A stretch of 59,620 nucleotides of DNA, filler included, from Actinomycetota bacterium (GTDB lineage: Bacteria; Actinomycetota; Actinomycetes; JAKEEW01), in assembly GCA_046725875.1 (NCBI GenBank). It is 3 parts of 3 records of this genome, joined end to end, with 100 filler letters (N's around TTAATTAATTAA, not from the genome) between each part and the next. Parts side by side here need not be neighbours in the genome. Positions count along the whole stretch, not along the records: positions 1 to 22,039 come from JBKOZJ010000079.1; positions 22,140 to 38,863 come from JBKOZJ010000081.1; 1 more part is not named here. One strand, written 5' to 3'. A program made the translations under genes and the position numbers. This document shows positions 18,815 to 29,201 of this stretch, piece by piece. The notes beneath the pieces are model-generated. The model ran no database searches. It saw nothing but the letters and a program-made list of their open reading frames with translations, and had not been told where the DNA came from. Each line of letters begins with the position of its first letter. The first letter of the stretch is position 1.

Positions 18815-19651
18815 ATGGCTGGGGGCTGCCGTGCGGTCCTGCTCGCTTTCGCGTCGATGCTGCCGCTCGTGGTCATAGCCTGTGATGCCGATTCTGGGTC
18901 GGCTGGTTCCCAGCAGACGTCGTCGTCGGGGACTGCGGGACCCGGTGGCCAGGAGATAGCTATGAGTCGGATGCTGGCCGAGGTCAGCGGACGGACCCAG
19001 GCGACTACCAGCAGGGTGAGGATGGTCTCGACCATCACCCAGAACGGCCAAAGATACGTGCTGACCATGCGCGGGAACTTCGACTTCCGTGCTGAGACCG
19101 GCTCCCTGGTGGTCACCCTTCCCGGCGGGGTGATCTCCCGGACGGAGGAACGGTTCACCGCCAGCAACTTGTACTTTCGGCTGCCGGCGGACCCCACGCA
19201 GCCGAAGCGGCTGATATGGGTGCGGGTGCCGCGCGCCGAGACAAAGGTTCGCTACCTGCTCCGGCCACCGGGTAACGATCCCGGCTACGTGCTCGAGCAG
19301 CTGCCGAAGGCTCGGTCGGTACGGCTTGCGGGGTCCGAACAGCTCGGCGGGGTGCCCACGGAGCACTATCGAGGTTTTCTAGACTTCCAGACCGCTACCG
19401 CTGACATCGACCCGTCGCGGCGCGAGCAGGTCGGACAACTCCAGAATGCGTGGCCAGACCAGGGTGCCCCCGTCGACGTCTGGGTGGACGAGTCGGGCAT
19501 CGTGCGACGTGTGGTCGAGTCCCTTGATCTCGGCGCGATCACCATCCGCCTGCAACTCGATCTGACCACGCCGGGCGACACGGCCCAGGCGCATCCCCGA
19601 GACCCGGCGGAGAGTGTCGAGGGAAGGCTGCAAGGGATTCTTATGGGTTAG
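18815..19651 (+). CDS. lipoprotein, LppX/LprAFG-like
   Basis: Lipobox-like VIAC; GSEQLGGVPTEHYRG and VDVWVDESGIVRR motifs; GGAGG SD. Confidence 0.75.
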   Translation: MAGGCRAVLLAFASMLPLVVIACDADSGSAGSQQTSSSGTAGPGGQEIAMSRMLAEVSGRTQATTSRVRMVSTITQNGQRYVLTMRGNFDFRAETGSLVVTLPGGVISRTEERFTASNLYFRLPADPTQPKRLIWVRVPRAETKVRYLLRPPGNDPGYVLEQLPKARSVRLAGSEQLGGVPTEHYRGFLDFQTATADIDPSRREQVGQLQNAWPDQGAPVDVWVDESGIVRRVVESLDLGAITIRLQLDLTTPGDTAQAHPRDPAESVEGRLQGILMG

Positions 19652-19834
19652 CATCCGCTGTTCCGACAGCCAGTGCTACAAGGCCACCCGCGTTCCTGAG
19701 ATTCACTCATGCCGCGGTGCTGGCGGTCGTGCAGAGGACCTCACCGTGAGGTGTCTCGCGCAGTGCACATCAGTTGATCTTGCCGTCGGTGGCTGCTCGG
19801 ACCCCTCGCCCGGGGCCCAGGTCCTCGAGCCGCG

Positions 19835-20680
19835 CTATACGGCGAGGGCGATGATTGCCTCGGCAAGCCTGGACAGGTTCGACACCACGGGAGCTCCGGG
19901 CTCAGCAAGATGCTTGCGCCGGTCGTGGCCGACCTCGCATCCAATTCCGGGAATGCCAACATCGCGTGCGAGGGACAATCGCCCCCGCGACCCGCTGACC
20001 AAGACGCACTCGCCGAACGCCGCACCCAGCAGGTTGCAGACGCTGGGAAGACTGACCCGAACGTCCGCGGACCCGAGATCCAGGCCCACACGCGCCACGA
20101 CCGCGTCCACCCGGCTCCTCAAGCTATGCGCGCCCAGGTACCCCTGCACCACGTGCTCGGACACGTCACTCACGACCGCAACCGGACGACCGGTCGTCTC
20201 GCACGCGTCGAGCAACCGGTCCAGCCCCGTCGTGGGCGGCACCACAGATGCTGCGTCGAACTCGATCGATGTCAGCAGCACCTCGGCCTCTGCGGCGCGA
20301 TCGGGCTCGTGCTCCAACATGTACCCCAGGGTCTCGTAGCGCGAAAACGCCAACGCGATGAGGGGCCGCGGGGCGAGGGACACGGTACAGATACTCGACA
20401 ACGGCACTGGTGACCAGCTTCTCGGTGTGAGGCCGGCCGCCGTCCTGGGCCATCGGGTCGTGTTTGACGGCAACGTGTTCGGGAGCGCTTGCTGCGGGCA
20501 CTTGGTGGCATGTCCTGGGGCGCCGTCTCCACTGTGCTGGCGAACAAGACCCGTTGCGGTTTGGGCCGCCGGGCTGCATGGGCCCGCACAGGGTCCGGCA
20601 CGGCGGTGATTGCCTCCAGTTGGACGGTGGCCGGCGTGCTCGCCCAGCAGATTCGGTGCGCGCGACGGCACCGAACTAAA
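19835..20680 (-). pseudogene. degenerate HAD-family hydrolase
   Basis: C-terminal PTTGLDRLLDAC..GRPVAVVS..CVLVSGS..ARDVGIPGIG is HAD-like; upstream part is fragmented and catalytic motifs are eroded. Confidence 0.5.
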
Positions 20681-20969
20681 CGATCTCGAATGATGCTCCT
20701 CCGCCCAGATCCTTGTGCCGTGCTGACGGCGACGCCGCAGCTAAACGGTCCATCGAATTCGCTGGTGGGCATGCCGGCGCGGATCACGGTCGTCCGTTAC
20801 CATCTCTGCGATCGAGAACGCCGAAGTGCATGGATCAAGTTAGCCAAGTAGCGATCGAGCAGTGGCCGCCAAGCGCAGTTGTTGCGGCGGGGCCTCGTGG
20901 TCGTTCTTCAGCCCGTAGTCATCGCTCATCGTTCAAAGGCGAGGTTGTTGTCGCATGACCTCGCTCTCC

Positions 20970-22039
20970 TCAGGACGGGATTACGCACGGAACGCCGTAG
21001 CGGTCGTAGCGCTGGCACACGGCCACTGGGTCCTCGAAGATGCCGATCGAGGGCAGCGTGCGCCCCTGGAAGTCGTACAAGGTGAGGTTGTCGTTCGGCG
21101 TGCCGGCGCCGGGTTCCCAGCCCACGCCGGGCACCCACTCGGGCGACCAGTAGAAGAATCCCTTGCCGTGCCTACCCGGCGCCTGGGCCAGGATTGATAG
21201 CAGGTCACTGGCCAGCGACAGCTGCCCGCCCGCGCTGCCTGGGTAGCCGGGTTCGAACTGGCTGGCCTGCCAGACGAAGTTGCCGGTGGTGTCGCCGTTG
21301 GCGAGCGTCCACACGTACTGCATCTCGGCGATCACGATGTCCTTGCCGAAGCTGGTGGCCAGCGCGTTCATGTTGGACCGCAGCGCGGTCACCGGCCCGT
21401 GCCAGAAGGTGTAGTACGACAGGCCGATCACGTCGAAGTCGACGCCGCGGCTGATGAGGTTGTCGAAGAACCGGGTGCTGTCGGCGTAGTTGCCACCCTG
21501 GTCGAAGTGCAGCATCACGCGCAGCTGGTGGTGCGGCGGGTTGGCGGCACGAGCTCCGGCCGCGCCTGCCTTCAGCAGCGTGGCGAGGTTGTCCCAACCC
21601 GTGTCGGCGGTCCAGTCGAGCTGGCCGACGGGCCAGAGCATGCCGTTGCGGATCTCGTTGCCGATCGACACCATGTCCACCGGTGTGCCCTGCTTGGCGA
21701 AGGCGGCAATCACCTCGCGGGTGTAGTCCTGGACGGTGCGCGCGAGCGTGGGCAGGTCCTGACCCTGCCATGCGGCGGGCGTGTCCTGGTGCTGCGGGTC
21801 GGCCCAGAAGTCCGAGTAGTGGATGTCAAGGTAGATCTTCATGCCGGCCGCCCCAACCTCGCGGGCCAGCGCCAGGTCATTTGTGAGGTCGCTGTAGCCA
21901 GCCGGCGGGTTCAGCCACAGGCGCATCCGGACGTAGTTGCCGCCATGGGCGCGCAGGATCTGCACCGGCGTGGACGTCTCACCGGCATCGGTGAACTGTG
22001 TGCCCGCGGCCAGTTCCTGCTGGGTGAAGGACAGGTCGG
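20970..22039 (-). CDS. arabinogalactan endo-1,4-beta-galactanase (GH53), 5'-partial at contig end
   Basis: NYVRMRLW, DIHYSDFWADP, VSIGNEI, IGLSYY, VIAE, GFFYW.PEW. Confidence 0.92.
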
Positions 22040-22139
22040 NNNNNNNNNNNNNNNNNNNNNNNNNNNNNNNNNNNNNNNNNNNNTTAATTAATTAANNNNN
22101 NNNNNNNNNNNNNNNNNNNNNNNNNNNNNNNNNNNNNNN
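22040..22139. other. artificial contig linker / assembly gap
   Basis: N-run + TTAATTAATTAA (stops in all six frames) + N-run. Confidence 0.98.
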
Positions 22140-23126
22140 AACCGAACGGCCGTCGACGACATACCCGGTCTCGCCCTCGAGCACGGCGTCCGGCGCCCCG
22201 CCCGAATCACCCGCGACTACAGGCAGTCCGGTGGCGGAGGCCTCGAGGTAGACGATGCCCAGCCCTTCGACATCGAGCCCGCGACGGCGGGTCCGGCAGG
22301 GCATAGCGAAGACGTCGCCCGCGTCGAAGTACGCCGGCAGCTCCCGCCACGGGACCGAGCCGGTCATGACGACCCGGCCGGTCAAACCTAGATCCGCGAC
22401 CATCCGCCCGAGCGTCTTTCGGTACGGGCCGCCGCCGACGATCAGCAGCGCCGCGTCGGGAACCCGGCGGCGGATGGCGGGAAGTGCCGCTATGAGGGTG
22501 TCTTGGCCCTTCCTGGGCACCAGCCGGGACACGCAGACGACGACGGGACGGCCGCTGAGACCAAGCCGGCGGCGCAGCTCGGCGTCGCCAGCGCCCGGGC
22601 GGAACTCCAGCTCGTCTACCCCCGGCGGCAGCTGGACCATCCGAGCGGCCGCGCGCGGCGAGAGCGCGGCCGCGATCCGCCGCCTGGTGTATTCGCCGAG
22701 ATAGGTGACGACGTCGACCTGCTCTCCAATGCGCCTCAGCACCCGGCGCGCCCCGGGAAGCTGGGCCCACCCAGCCTCGTGGCCGTGCGTGAGCGCCACG
22801 AGCCGCTCGACCCCCGGGCTCCGGCGCAATCTGCCGGCCAGCAGGCCAAGAGGGGCTGCGGCGCCGAACAGAACGCTCGTGCACTCGAAAGCCCGGGCGA
22901 TCTCTCTGGCCCGGCGCAGCACACCTCCGGTCGGGAGCATAAGCGAGGTTGGGTGGCGGACCACCGGATAACGCAGCGCCGCATCAAACTCGGCCGCCCC
23001 GCGCCAGGCCGGTGCGTACACGACAACCGAGTCGGGCGGCTGCCGAACCGCGAGCGCATGGACGAACGACTGAATCCCGCCAGGCCGCGGCGGGTAGTCG
23101 TTGGTGATCACGAGCGTCCGGTGCAT
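22140..23126 (-). CDS. pimB: GT4 glycosyltransferase, PimB'-like mannosyltransferase, 3'-partial
   Basis: TNDYPPRPGGIQ, SRLVPRKGQD, DVEGLGIVYLEASA; conserved position downstream of NlpC genes. Confidence 0.88.
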
Positions 23127-23186
23127 TTGCCCGTCACGCTATCGAAGGCTGTATCCCCGATTTCGCGCCTTGCGCCGCTGTCCTGG

Positions 23187-24626
23187 TCAAGGGACCGGCT
23201 CGTGATTGATCTTCGCCCAGTCGCGAGCGAGCGCAGTCCGCTCCGGCGGAGTCGGATGCGACGCGAAGAGCCCGTACACGATCTGGTTGGGGTCGAGGTT
23301 GGAGAGGTTGGCCACGGCCAGCCGATGCTGCATGGCGATCTGGCCGGCCGGGTCGCGGACCAGGTTGAGCGCGTGCACGTCGGCGCGCGCCTCGATTCGC
23401 CGGCTGATCAGCAGCTGCACCGGGTTGGACACTTGAGTGAGCACGGCCAACACGGCGAGGATCACGGCGATCGACCGTGGGTCGGCAAGGGCTCGAGCGG
23501 TCGCCGCCGCGGTAGGCCGAGCAGCCGGCCGTCGACCGGCGGTCACCGGCTCGGCCGGCGGCGGGCCCGGACCAGACGGCTCGCCAGCGGAGCGCGCGAT
23601 CCCGGCCCGCCGCTGCAACCACGGCATCGTCACCGCGAGATAGAGCACGCAGACACCGAATGCAATCGCGAGCCCGCCGATCAGCGTTCCGTGCAGAACA
23701 TCGTTGTTCTTGACGTGGCCCAGCTCATGTGCGGTTATGAGCCTGATCTCCTCAGGAGTCATCTCTCGCAGCGTGGTGTCGTACACGACGATCCTGCGAG
23801 TGGACCCGTAGCCGGACACATACGCGTTGAGCTTGTTCGTGCGCCGGGAGGCGTCGGCGACGAGGACGTCCTTGACCGGCAGCCCGTCCTCCTTCGCCAG
23901 AGCGAGCAGCGAGCTCTTGAGCGGCCCGGGCTCCATTGGCGTGAACTTGTTGAAGACGGGCTCGATGACCACGGGGTAGACGAAGGATCCCACGGCGACC
24001 AGCAGCGCGGCCAGCGCGGACCCGGGCACCCACCACCAGTGCGCGGACCTTCGTACAAGGGCAAGCAAGGCGAGCAGCACGAGAGCGGTCAAAGCCGCGC
24101 CGATGCCGAAACTCTTCAGCTGGTCGCTCGTCCAGCTCGCCCAGTCCTGGGTGGAGAGGTCGTAGCGGCGCATGACGACCTCCGCCCGGATGTCGAACGG
24201 TAGCGCGACCAGCCGGCCAAGCAGGGCGAGGACAAAGCCGCCGAGCACGATCGGCCGCGCCCACCGAATGAACCGCAGCGGCCGGGACACGCGCACCCGC
24301 CGATCAGGTTCCTCAATGCCCTGACCGGTCGGATCGCCCACCCGTGCGATCAGCCCGGCGCCCAAGGGCGTGACCCCGAGCAGCAGCACCAGGCCGAAAG
24401 TCACGGCGAGCGATGCGTAGGCCGGGGGGCCGATCGCCGCGTGATAGGCGTCCTGGCGGGCGATCTCGGCGGCACTGAAATCCCGGCCTGCGTCGACCGC
24501 AGCCGAACCCCCTGGAACGGGTGGAAGCGTCTGCCAGGGCGTGGTAGCGACGATAATGGCGATCAGTCCCGCCCCGAGTACGACCGCCGCAAGGGCCGCC
24601 CAGCGCCGTGCCGACCAGCTCCTCAC
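23187..24626 (-). CDS. M48 (Ste24-like) membrane metallopeptidase
   Basis: NAYVSGYG, HELGH, EARAD, SHP; multiple TM segments. Confidence 0.92.
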   Translation of the reverse strand: MRSWSARRWAALAAVVLGAGLIAIIVATTPWQTLPPVPGGSAAVDAGRDFSAAEIARQDAYHAAIGPPAYASLAVTFGLVLLLGVTPLGAGLIARVGDPTGQGIEEPDRRVRVSRPLRFIRWARPIVLGGFVLALLGRLVALPFDIRAEVVMRRYDLSTQDWASWTSDQLKSFGIGAALTALVLLALLALVRRSAHWWWVPGSALAALLVAVGSFVYPVVIEPVFNKFTPMEPGPLKSSLLALAKEDGLPVKDVLVADASRRTNKLNAYVSGYGSTRRIVVYDTTLREMTPEEIRLITAHELGHVKNNDVLHGTLIGGLAIAFGVCVLYLAVTMPWLQRRAGIARSAGEPSGPGPPPAEPVTAGRRPAARPTAAATARALADPRSIAVILAVLAVLTQVSNPVQLLISRRIEARADVHALNLVRDPAGQIAMQHRLAVANLSNLDPNQIVYGLFASHPTPPERTALARDWAKINHEPVP

Positions 24627-24671
24627 GTGCCTTCCCAACCGCCCCGGTGACCGGAAACTTCCAAGGGAAAC

Positions 24672-26159
24672 TCAGGCCAGCCGGGCGAGGTAGCCGCGCC
24701 AGGCAGCGGTGAACTGCGCGGTCGTAACGCCGAACGCCCGGGTGAACGCCGTCCCCGGACCACCATCGCCGGCGCCGCGGGCAGTGCCAGCCTGGCGGTA
24801 GAAGGCCACGAGCTTCTCCTCGCCGTACTTCATCGCGATGAGACGGCAGGCGAGCCATGCCTCCTCGTACGCCGCAGCGAGGTCGTCGCTGTTTGGTCCG
24901 AACTCGTCGGTCGCGGGAAGGCCGCGTGGCGGCCCATCCGCGCGGATGTCCCGCAAAAGCTCACCGGCCGCGACGTCCGCCGGCACTCTGCTGCCGAGGT
25001 AGCCGACGTAGTCGGCGAAACCTTCGGACAGCCACGTTGGCGTCGACTGTGTAGTCGCCGTTCTGGTCGCCACATGCGTGACCTCGTGGCTCATTACGAT
25101 CCGCCGGCCGGTCGGGCTGAGCCTTCCCCAGATCGCCGGATTGATCATGATCCGATCGGCCACCCTCCCGTCGTGGATACCGGGTGCACGATCACTGCGC
25201 TCCTCCCGACCAGCAGCATTGGGCCGGCGTACTCGCGGCTTGCTCCCGTTCGCGGCCGGGATCCCCGCTTCTGCATGCGTGACAGCGGCGATTTGTGAAT
25301 ACTTCTGGGCCGGCGCACCCAGCAGCGTCCCCAGCTGCGCCTGCGTGCCCGGCGCGAGGAGGACGACTTTCTGCGACCAATCGCTTCCCCAGACCCGAGA
25401 GACCTGGGCGACTGCATCGTCGGCCTCTAGAGCGTGCCGCTTCAGGACGCTCTCACTGCCGAGGCCCAGCACAATGCTCTGCTTACCGCGGGCGACATTG
25501 ACCACCCCGAAGTCCCATAGTTGCCGCTGGCTGCGGTAACCGGAATCGTCCCCGTCGGTGTCCCCGCTGATCACCCAACGGCCATCCAGAAGCCTGAATG
25601 TGTAGTAGAGGTCGAATTTCGACTGGGCGTGGTCGTCGTATCCCGCGAGCAGGTAGCGAGCCACCACCTTTGCGGTGAACGCCGGTGAGCCGAGCCTGCG
25701 CTGTCTCGCGGGCGACAGGCGAAAGGGTGCGGTTCCGGCCAGTTCATAGGTCCAGCCGTTGTAAGGCACTTTCGCCATCGCCTCGAACATGCGAGCCTGC
25801 CGCTGCCGGAACCGGGTCGCAGCCGGATCGACCGCAGCCAGGAACGCGTCCTGGTTTCGGTGTTCGACCGCGGCGGCCCGCTGGTCGAGGAGGGCTTGTA
25901 CGGCGACATCGCGGTTCGGTTGCCGGTCGGCCGATGTCTGCCGGGCACTGGCCGAGCCGATCCGAGCACCGGCTTCGTGGCGGTCACCGGTCGCGGCGAC
26001 GACACCGCCGCTGACGACCAGCGCCAGGACGGCAACCCCGGCGGCAAGGCGCGACCGTCGCCGCTGTCGCTCCGCTGTCAAGGCCGGCGAGGTCGAGGCG
26101 GACACCGAGGCATCACCCGGCGCGAGGACGGCTGCACCGCGCTGCCGACCGTCCTGCAC
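24672..26159 (-). CDS. secreted/membrane HEXXH peptidase-like protein
   Basis: N-terminal TM; SHEVTHVA..PTWLSEGFADY gluzincin-like motif. Confidence 0.85.
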   Translation of the reverse strand: MQDGRQRGAAVLAPGDASVSASTSPALTAERQRRRSRLAAGVAVLALVVSGGVVAATGDRHEAGARIGSASARQTSADRQPNRDVAVQALLDQRAAAVEHRNQDAFLAAVDPAATRFRQRQARMFEAMAKVPYNGWTYELAGTAPFRLSPARQRRLGSPAFTAKVVARYLLAGYDDHAQSKFDLYYTFRLLDGRWVISGDTDGDDSGYRSQRQLWDFGVVNVARGKQSIVLGLGSESVLKRHALEADDAVAQVSRVWGSDWSQKVVLLAPGTQAQLGTLLGAPAQKYSQIAAVTHAEAGIPAANGSKPRVRRPNAAGREERSDRAPGIHDGRVADRIMINPAIWGRLSPTGRRIVMSHEVTHVATRTATTQSTPTWLSEGFADYVGYLGSRVPADVAAGELLRDIRADGPPRGLPATDEFGPNSDDLAAAYEEAWLACRLIAMKYGEEKLVAFYRQAGTARGAGDGGPGTAFTRAFGVTTAQFTAAWRGYLARLA

Positions 26160-26311
26160 TGGCTAGCTCCCCTCGACCCAAAGCCTCCTGTGATGGTACG
26201 GCGACGGACGCGCCACACCCGGCAGATAGGCGGACGAGGCTCCTGGCCAGACCGATCGCGTGAGTTCAGGCCGGCCGGCTGCCAGCTGGGCGGACGCCTG
26301 GCGGGCGGTGC

Positions 26312-27322
26312 TTACCCGACGCGGCGGGCGGTCGCGAAGGGCATCGTGTCGATCGATGTCACCTTGACCACGTCACCGGGATGCGGCGCATGGATCATGA
26401 GCCCCTCCCCGATATAGATGCCGACGTGGCTAATCGGCCAGTAGAAGAAGACCAGGTCGCCGGGCTTCAGGGCAGACTCCGCGACTCTCGCACCGACGGT
26501 CGCCTGGCTGCTCGAGGTCCGGGGAAGGGTGACCCCGGCTGCTTGGAACGCGCTCAGCGTGAGCCCTGAGCAGTCCCACGAGCTCGGCCCGGTCGCCCCC
26601 CATACATAGGGCTCCCCGACCTGTGCAATCGCGAACCTGACCGCCGTGCCGGCCCGGCCTCCGGGCAGGTTGTTCAGGATGCTGTCCGGTACGACGAGCG
26701 AGCCCGTTGACCTGAGGAATGCGCGTTGCTCCTCCTTCAGCGTGGCAAGAAGCACGTTCGCCTGCCGCATGTTGGCCTCGATCGTCGCGCGCTTCTCATC
26801 CATGGCGTCCTGCAACTGCTCGATCTCGCCGATCTGCTGGGCCGCCTGGGCGCGCATGGTAAGCAGATCCTGCCGAGCCATCTGGAGCCGACGCAGCGCC
26901 TCGGCCTGCTGGGCGGAGAGCTGGTCGAGCATAGTCGCCTCTTCGAGAAACCGCTGCGGGTCGTCGGAGAGGAACAGCCGCAACGTTTGGTCGACGCCGC
27001 CGTCCCGATAGGCCATCGTCGCGAAAATGCCGTTCTGGGACAGCAGCTGATCGAGCCGGTCCTGCTGCTCACCGACCCGCTCCTGGATGACCTTCAGCTC
27101 ACGCTCGGCGCCCCGCAGCCGGTCCTGGTAGCCGTTGTACTCCTCCGTGGCGATCTCGGCCTCGTGGTAGAGCTCCTTGATCTTCTTCTGTACGTCGGTG
27201 ATGCTCGTCGGATCGGCCCGGCCGGCCGACGGGACGGAAACCAGCAGGCCGGCCGCTACGGCGACCGTCCCTAAGGCCGCGACCGCGCGAACCCGCGTCC
27301 TGCCCTTCCAGCCCACGGGCAC
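26312..27322 (-). CDS. NlpC/P60 peptidoglycan endopeptidase
   Basis: Signal peptide, coiled coil, PYVWGATGPSSWDCSGL, HVGIY, IHAP; start uncertain (27316-27421). Confidence 0.93.
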   Translation of the reverse strand: MPVGWKGRTRVRAVAALGTVAVAAGLLVSVPSAGRADPTSITDVQKKIKELYHEAEIATEEYNGYQDRLRGAERELKVIQERVGEQQDRLDQLLSQNGIFATMAYRDGGVDQTLRLFLSDDPQRFLEEATMLDQLSAQQAEALRRLQMARQDLLTMRAQAAQQIGEIEQLQDAMDEKRATIEANMRQANVLLATLKEEQRAFLRSTGSLVVPDSILNNLPGGRAGTAVRFAIAQVGEPYVWGATGPSSWDCSGLTLSAFQAAGVTLPRTSSSQATVGARVAESALKPGDLVFFYWPISHVGIYIGEGLMIHAPHPGDVVKVTSIDTMPFATARRVG

Positions 27323-27437
27323 GGTCCGCGGCGACCCCGACTCGAACAGCAACTGAGCGGCATCCCTTCTCGTCACACATGGAGGCCCACCGCCGCGGCT
27401 CCCCGACCCGCCGCGGCCCATCCCCCGCGGTCTTCGC

Positions 27438-28442
27438 TCATCCGGGTCTTGTGGCCCCGACGTATGGCATGTAGCTGCTCGAGATCGAGGTGATCTTCAC
27501 GACCTCCCCGGGCCGCGGCGCGTGGATCATCTTGCCACCGCCGATGTAGATCCCGACATGGCTGATGGGGCTGTAGAAGAACACCAGGTCACCAGGCTGG
27601 AGCTGGCTTTGGGACACGTGCGTCCCGTAGCCGTACTGCTGCGCAGACGAGTGCGGCAACGAAACACCGGCCTGCTGCCAGGCCATCATGGTGAGGCCAG
27701 AGCAGTCCCACGAGCCCGGGCCGGCGGCTCCCCAGGCGTACGGCTCGCCGAGCTGGGCGTAGGCGAAGTCGACCGCCAGCTTGGCGCGGCCGCTCACCGC
27801 CGGTACGCTCGCCGCCGGCGGCGGCTCCTCGCTTGGCGGGTTGAGCGCCGCCCGCTGCTCTGCGGTCAGCCTGCTCAGCAGCGCGTTCGCCCGCCGCAGC
27901 TTCTCCCTGACCTCGCTCTCTTTGGCCTTGAGGTCATCGCGGACCTGGTCGATCTCGGCGAGCTTCTGCCGCGCTTCCAGTTTCGTCTGCTCGAGGTCCT
28001 GCTTGGCGAGCCGCAGCCTCTGCAGGGCGTCCGCCTGCTGGCTCGAGAGCTGGTCGAGCGTGGTCGCCTGCTCGAGGAACCGGCCTGGGTCGTTCGAGGT
28101 CAGCAACTCCAGCGTCTCGTCCATGCCGGCGTTGCGGTAGGCCATGGTCAGGTAGATGCCTACCTCGTCCTGCAAGGCATTGAGGGCACGCTGCTCCGCG
28201 GCCACCCGATCCTGGATTACCCGCAGCTGCTTCTCGGCCGCTTTGAGCTTCTCGGTGGCGACGTTCACCTGCTCGACGACGGCGACGACCTCATGGTCGA
28301 GCTGGTCGACCTGCTTCCGGACATCGTCAATGGATTGCGGGTCGGCGTAGCTCGCGTCCGGGACGACGACTAAACCGACGGCAACGGCAGCGCCGAGAGC
28401 GACCAGTGTGCGTACAGGACGGCGTGCACCGATCGACGCCAC
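27438..28442 (-). CDS. NlpC/P60 peptidoglycan endopeptidase (RipC-like)
   Basis: Signal peptide, coiled coil, PYAWGAAGPGSWDCSGL, HVGIY, IHAP. Confidence 0.95.
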   Translation of the reverse strand: MASIGARRPVRTLVALGAAVAVGLVVVPDASYADPQSIDDVRKQVDQLDHEVVAVVEQVNVATEKLKAAEKQLRVIQDRVAAEQRALNALQDEVGIYLTMAYRNAGMDETLELLTSNDPGRFLEQATTLDQLSSQQADALQRLRLAKQDLEQTKLEARQKLAEIDQVRDDLKAKESEVREKLRRANALLSRLTAEQRAALNPPSEEPPPAASVPAVSGRAKLAVDFAYAQLGEPYAWGAAGPGSWDCSGLTMMAWQQAGVSLPHSSAQQYGYGTHVSQSQLQPGDLVFFYSPISHVGIYIGGGKMIHAPRPGEVVKITSISSSYMPYVGATRPG

Positions 28443-28465
28443 TAGAGCGCCACCCCTCCTCCTCA

Positions 28466-28636
28466 GGCCGCCTACCGGGTGAGCTGACGGGTTCGGGCTG
28501 GGGAAGACGAGCCCTACATTGCACCGAAGTGCTCCGATTCACCCCAGGGAAGGTTGGTTCCCCGGCTCCCGCTGACCTTCGCCGCCAAGGGCACTGGAAT
28601 CCCCCGGCGGTCCGGCCCGCTAGGACTCGGCGGTGA
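28466..28636 (-). ncRNA. cyclic di-AMP riboswitch (ydaO/yuaA leader)
   Basis: Minus strand reads CGCCGAGTCC...GGAGCCGGGGAACCA...TGGGGTGAATC...GTAGGGC...CCCGAACCCGTCAGCTCACCCGGTAGGCGG directly upstream of the NlpC SD. Confidence 0.93.
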
Positions 28637-28784
28637 CATCCGCCGACCACTCCGGCTGAGCGGCCGACTGCGCAGATGCCTGGTGCGGAACCATACTCAA
28701 GATCGGCTCGTAGGGCAACGGAACCCGCCATGTTCATCGGCGGCCGCTGCTCTTGGTGCAGGCCAGGCCGAGGTCAGGGGAGCG

Positions 28785-29030
28785 TCATGCGGACACCGCA
28801 GGTGGGACTTCTTCATCATCGTCGGCGGTTCGCGACGAAGCGACGGTCGATGTGGAACTGACCGCCAGCCGCAGCGGCGGGACCAGGCCGGACGCGGCCA
28901 AGACACCAATGGCCGTGCGCTCCTGCGCATCGAGCGTGGCTCCGACTGCCGGCATACCGAGCAGGGCGTGGACGACACAGTCGCCGCAGGCGACGTCTCG
29001 GACCGAGCAGGACTCGCAGTCGATGAGCAT
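28785..29030 (-). CDS. small Cys-rich conserved actinobacterial hypothetical protein
   Basis: MLIDCESCSVRDVACGDCVV...ERTAIGVLAASGLVPPLRL; GGAGG SD. Confidence 0.85.
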   Translation of the reverse strand: MLIDCESCSVRDVACGDCVVHALLGMPAVGATLDAQERTAIGVLAASGLVPPLRLAVSSTSTVASSRTADDDEEVPPAVSA

Positions 29031-29069
29031 TACAGCCCTCCCCGAAGGCCACGATCGTTACCGATCACC

Positions 29070-29092
29070 ACCGTAGGACCGGCCTCCGACAA
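29070..29092 (-). promoter_or_regulatory. PafBC-dependent (RecA-NDp) DNA-damage promoter
   Basis: TTGTCGG-N10-TACGGT on the minus strand. Confidence 0.75.
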
Positions 29093-29201
29093 GAAACCGC
29101 TATCAGCCCACCCGGCCGTGGGCTACTTGCCGAGCATGTGGGTCTCGGCAGTGCCGACCGCCCCCTCGACCACCGACCGCGGGCGACCGAAGCCGCGCCG
29201 C

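Noticed and set aside
22084..22095. AT-rich palindrome TTAATTAATTAA (also 38908-38919)
   Set aside because: Artificial six-frame-stop linker
22503..24203. Long antisense ORFs (e.g. 22503-24203, 47318-48448, 49154-50392, 52259-53452)
   Set aside because: Shadow frames of high-GC genes with clear motifs on the opposite strand
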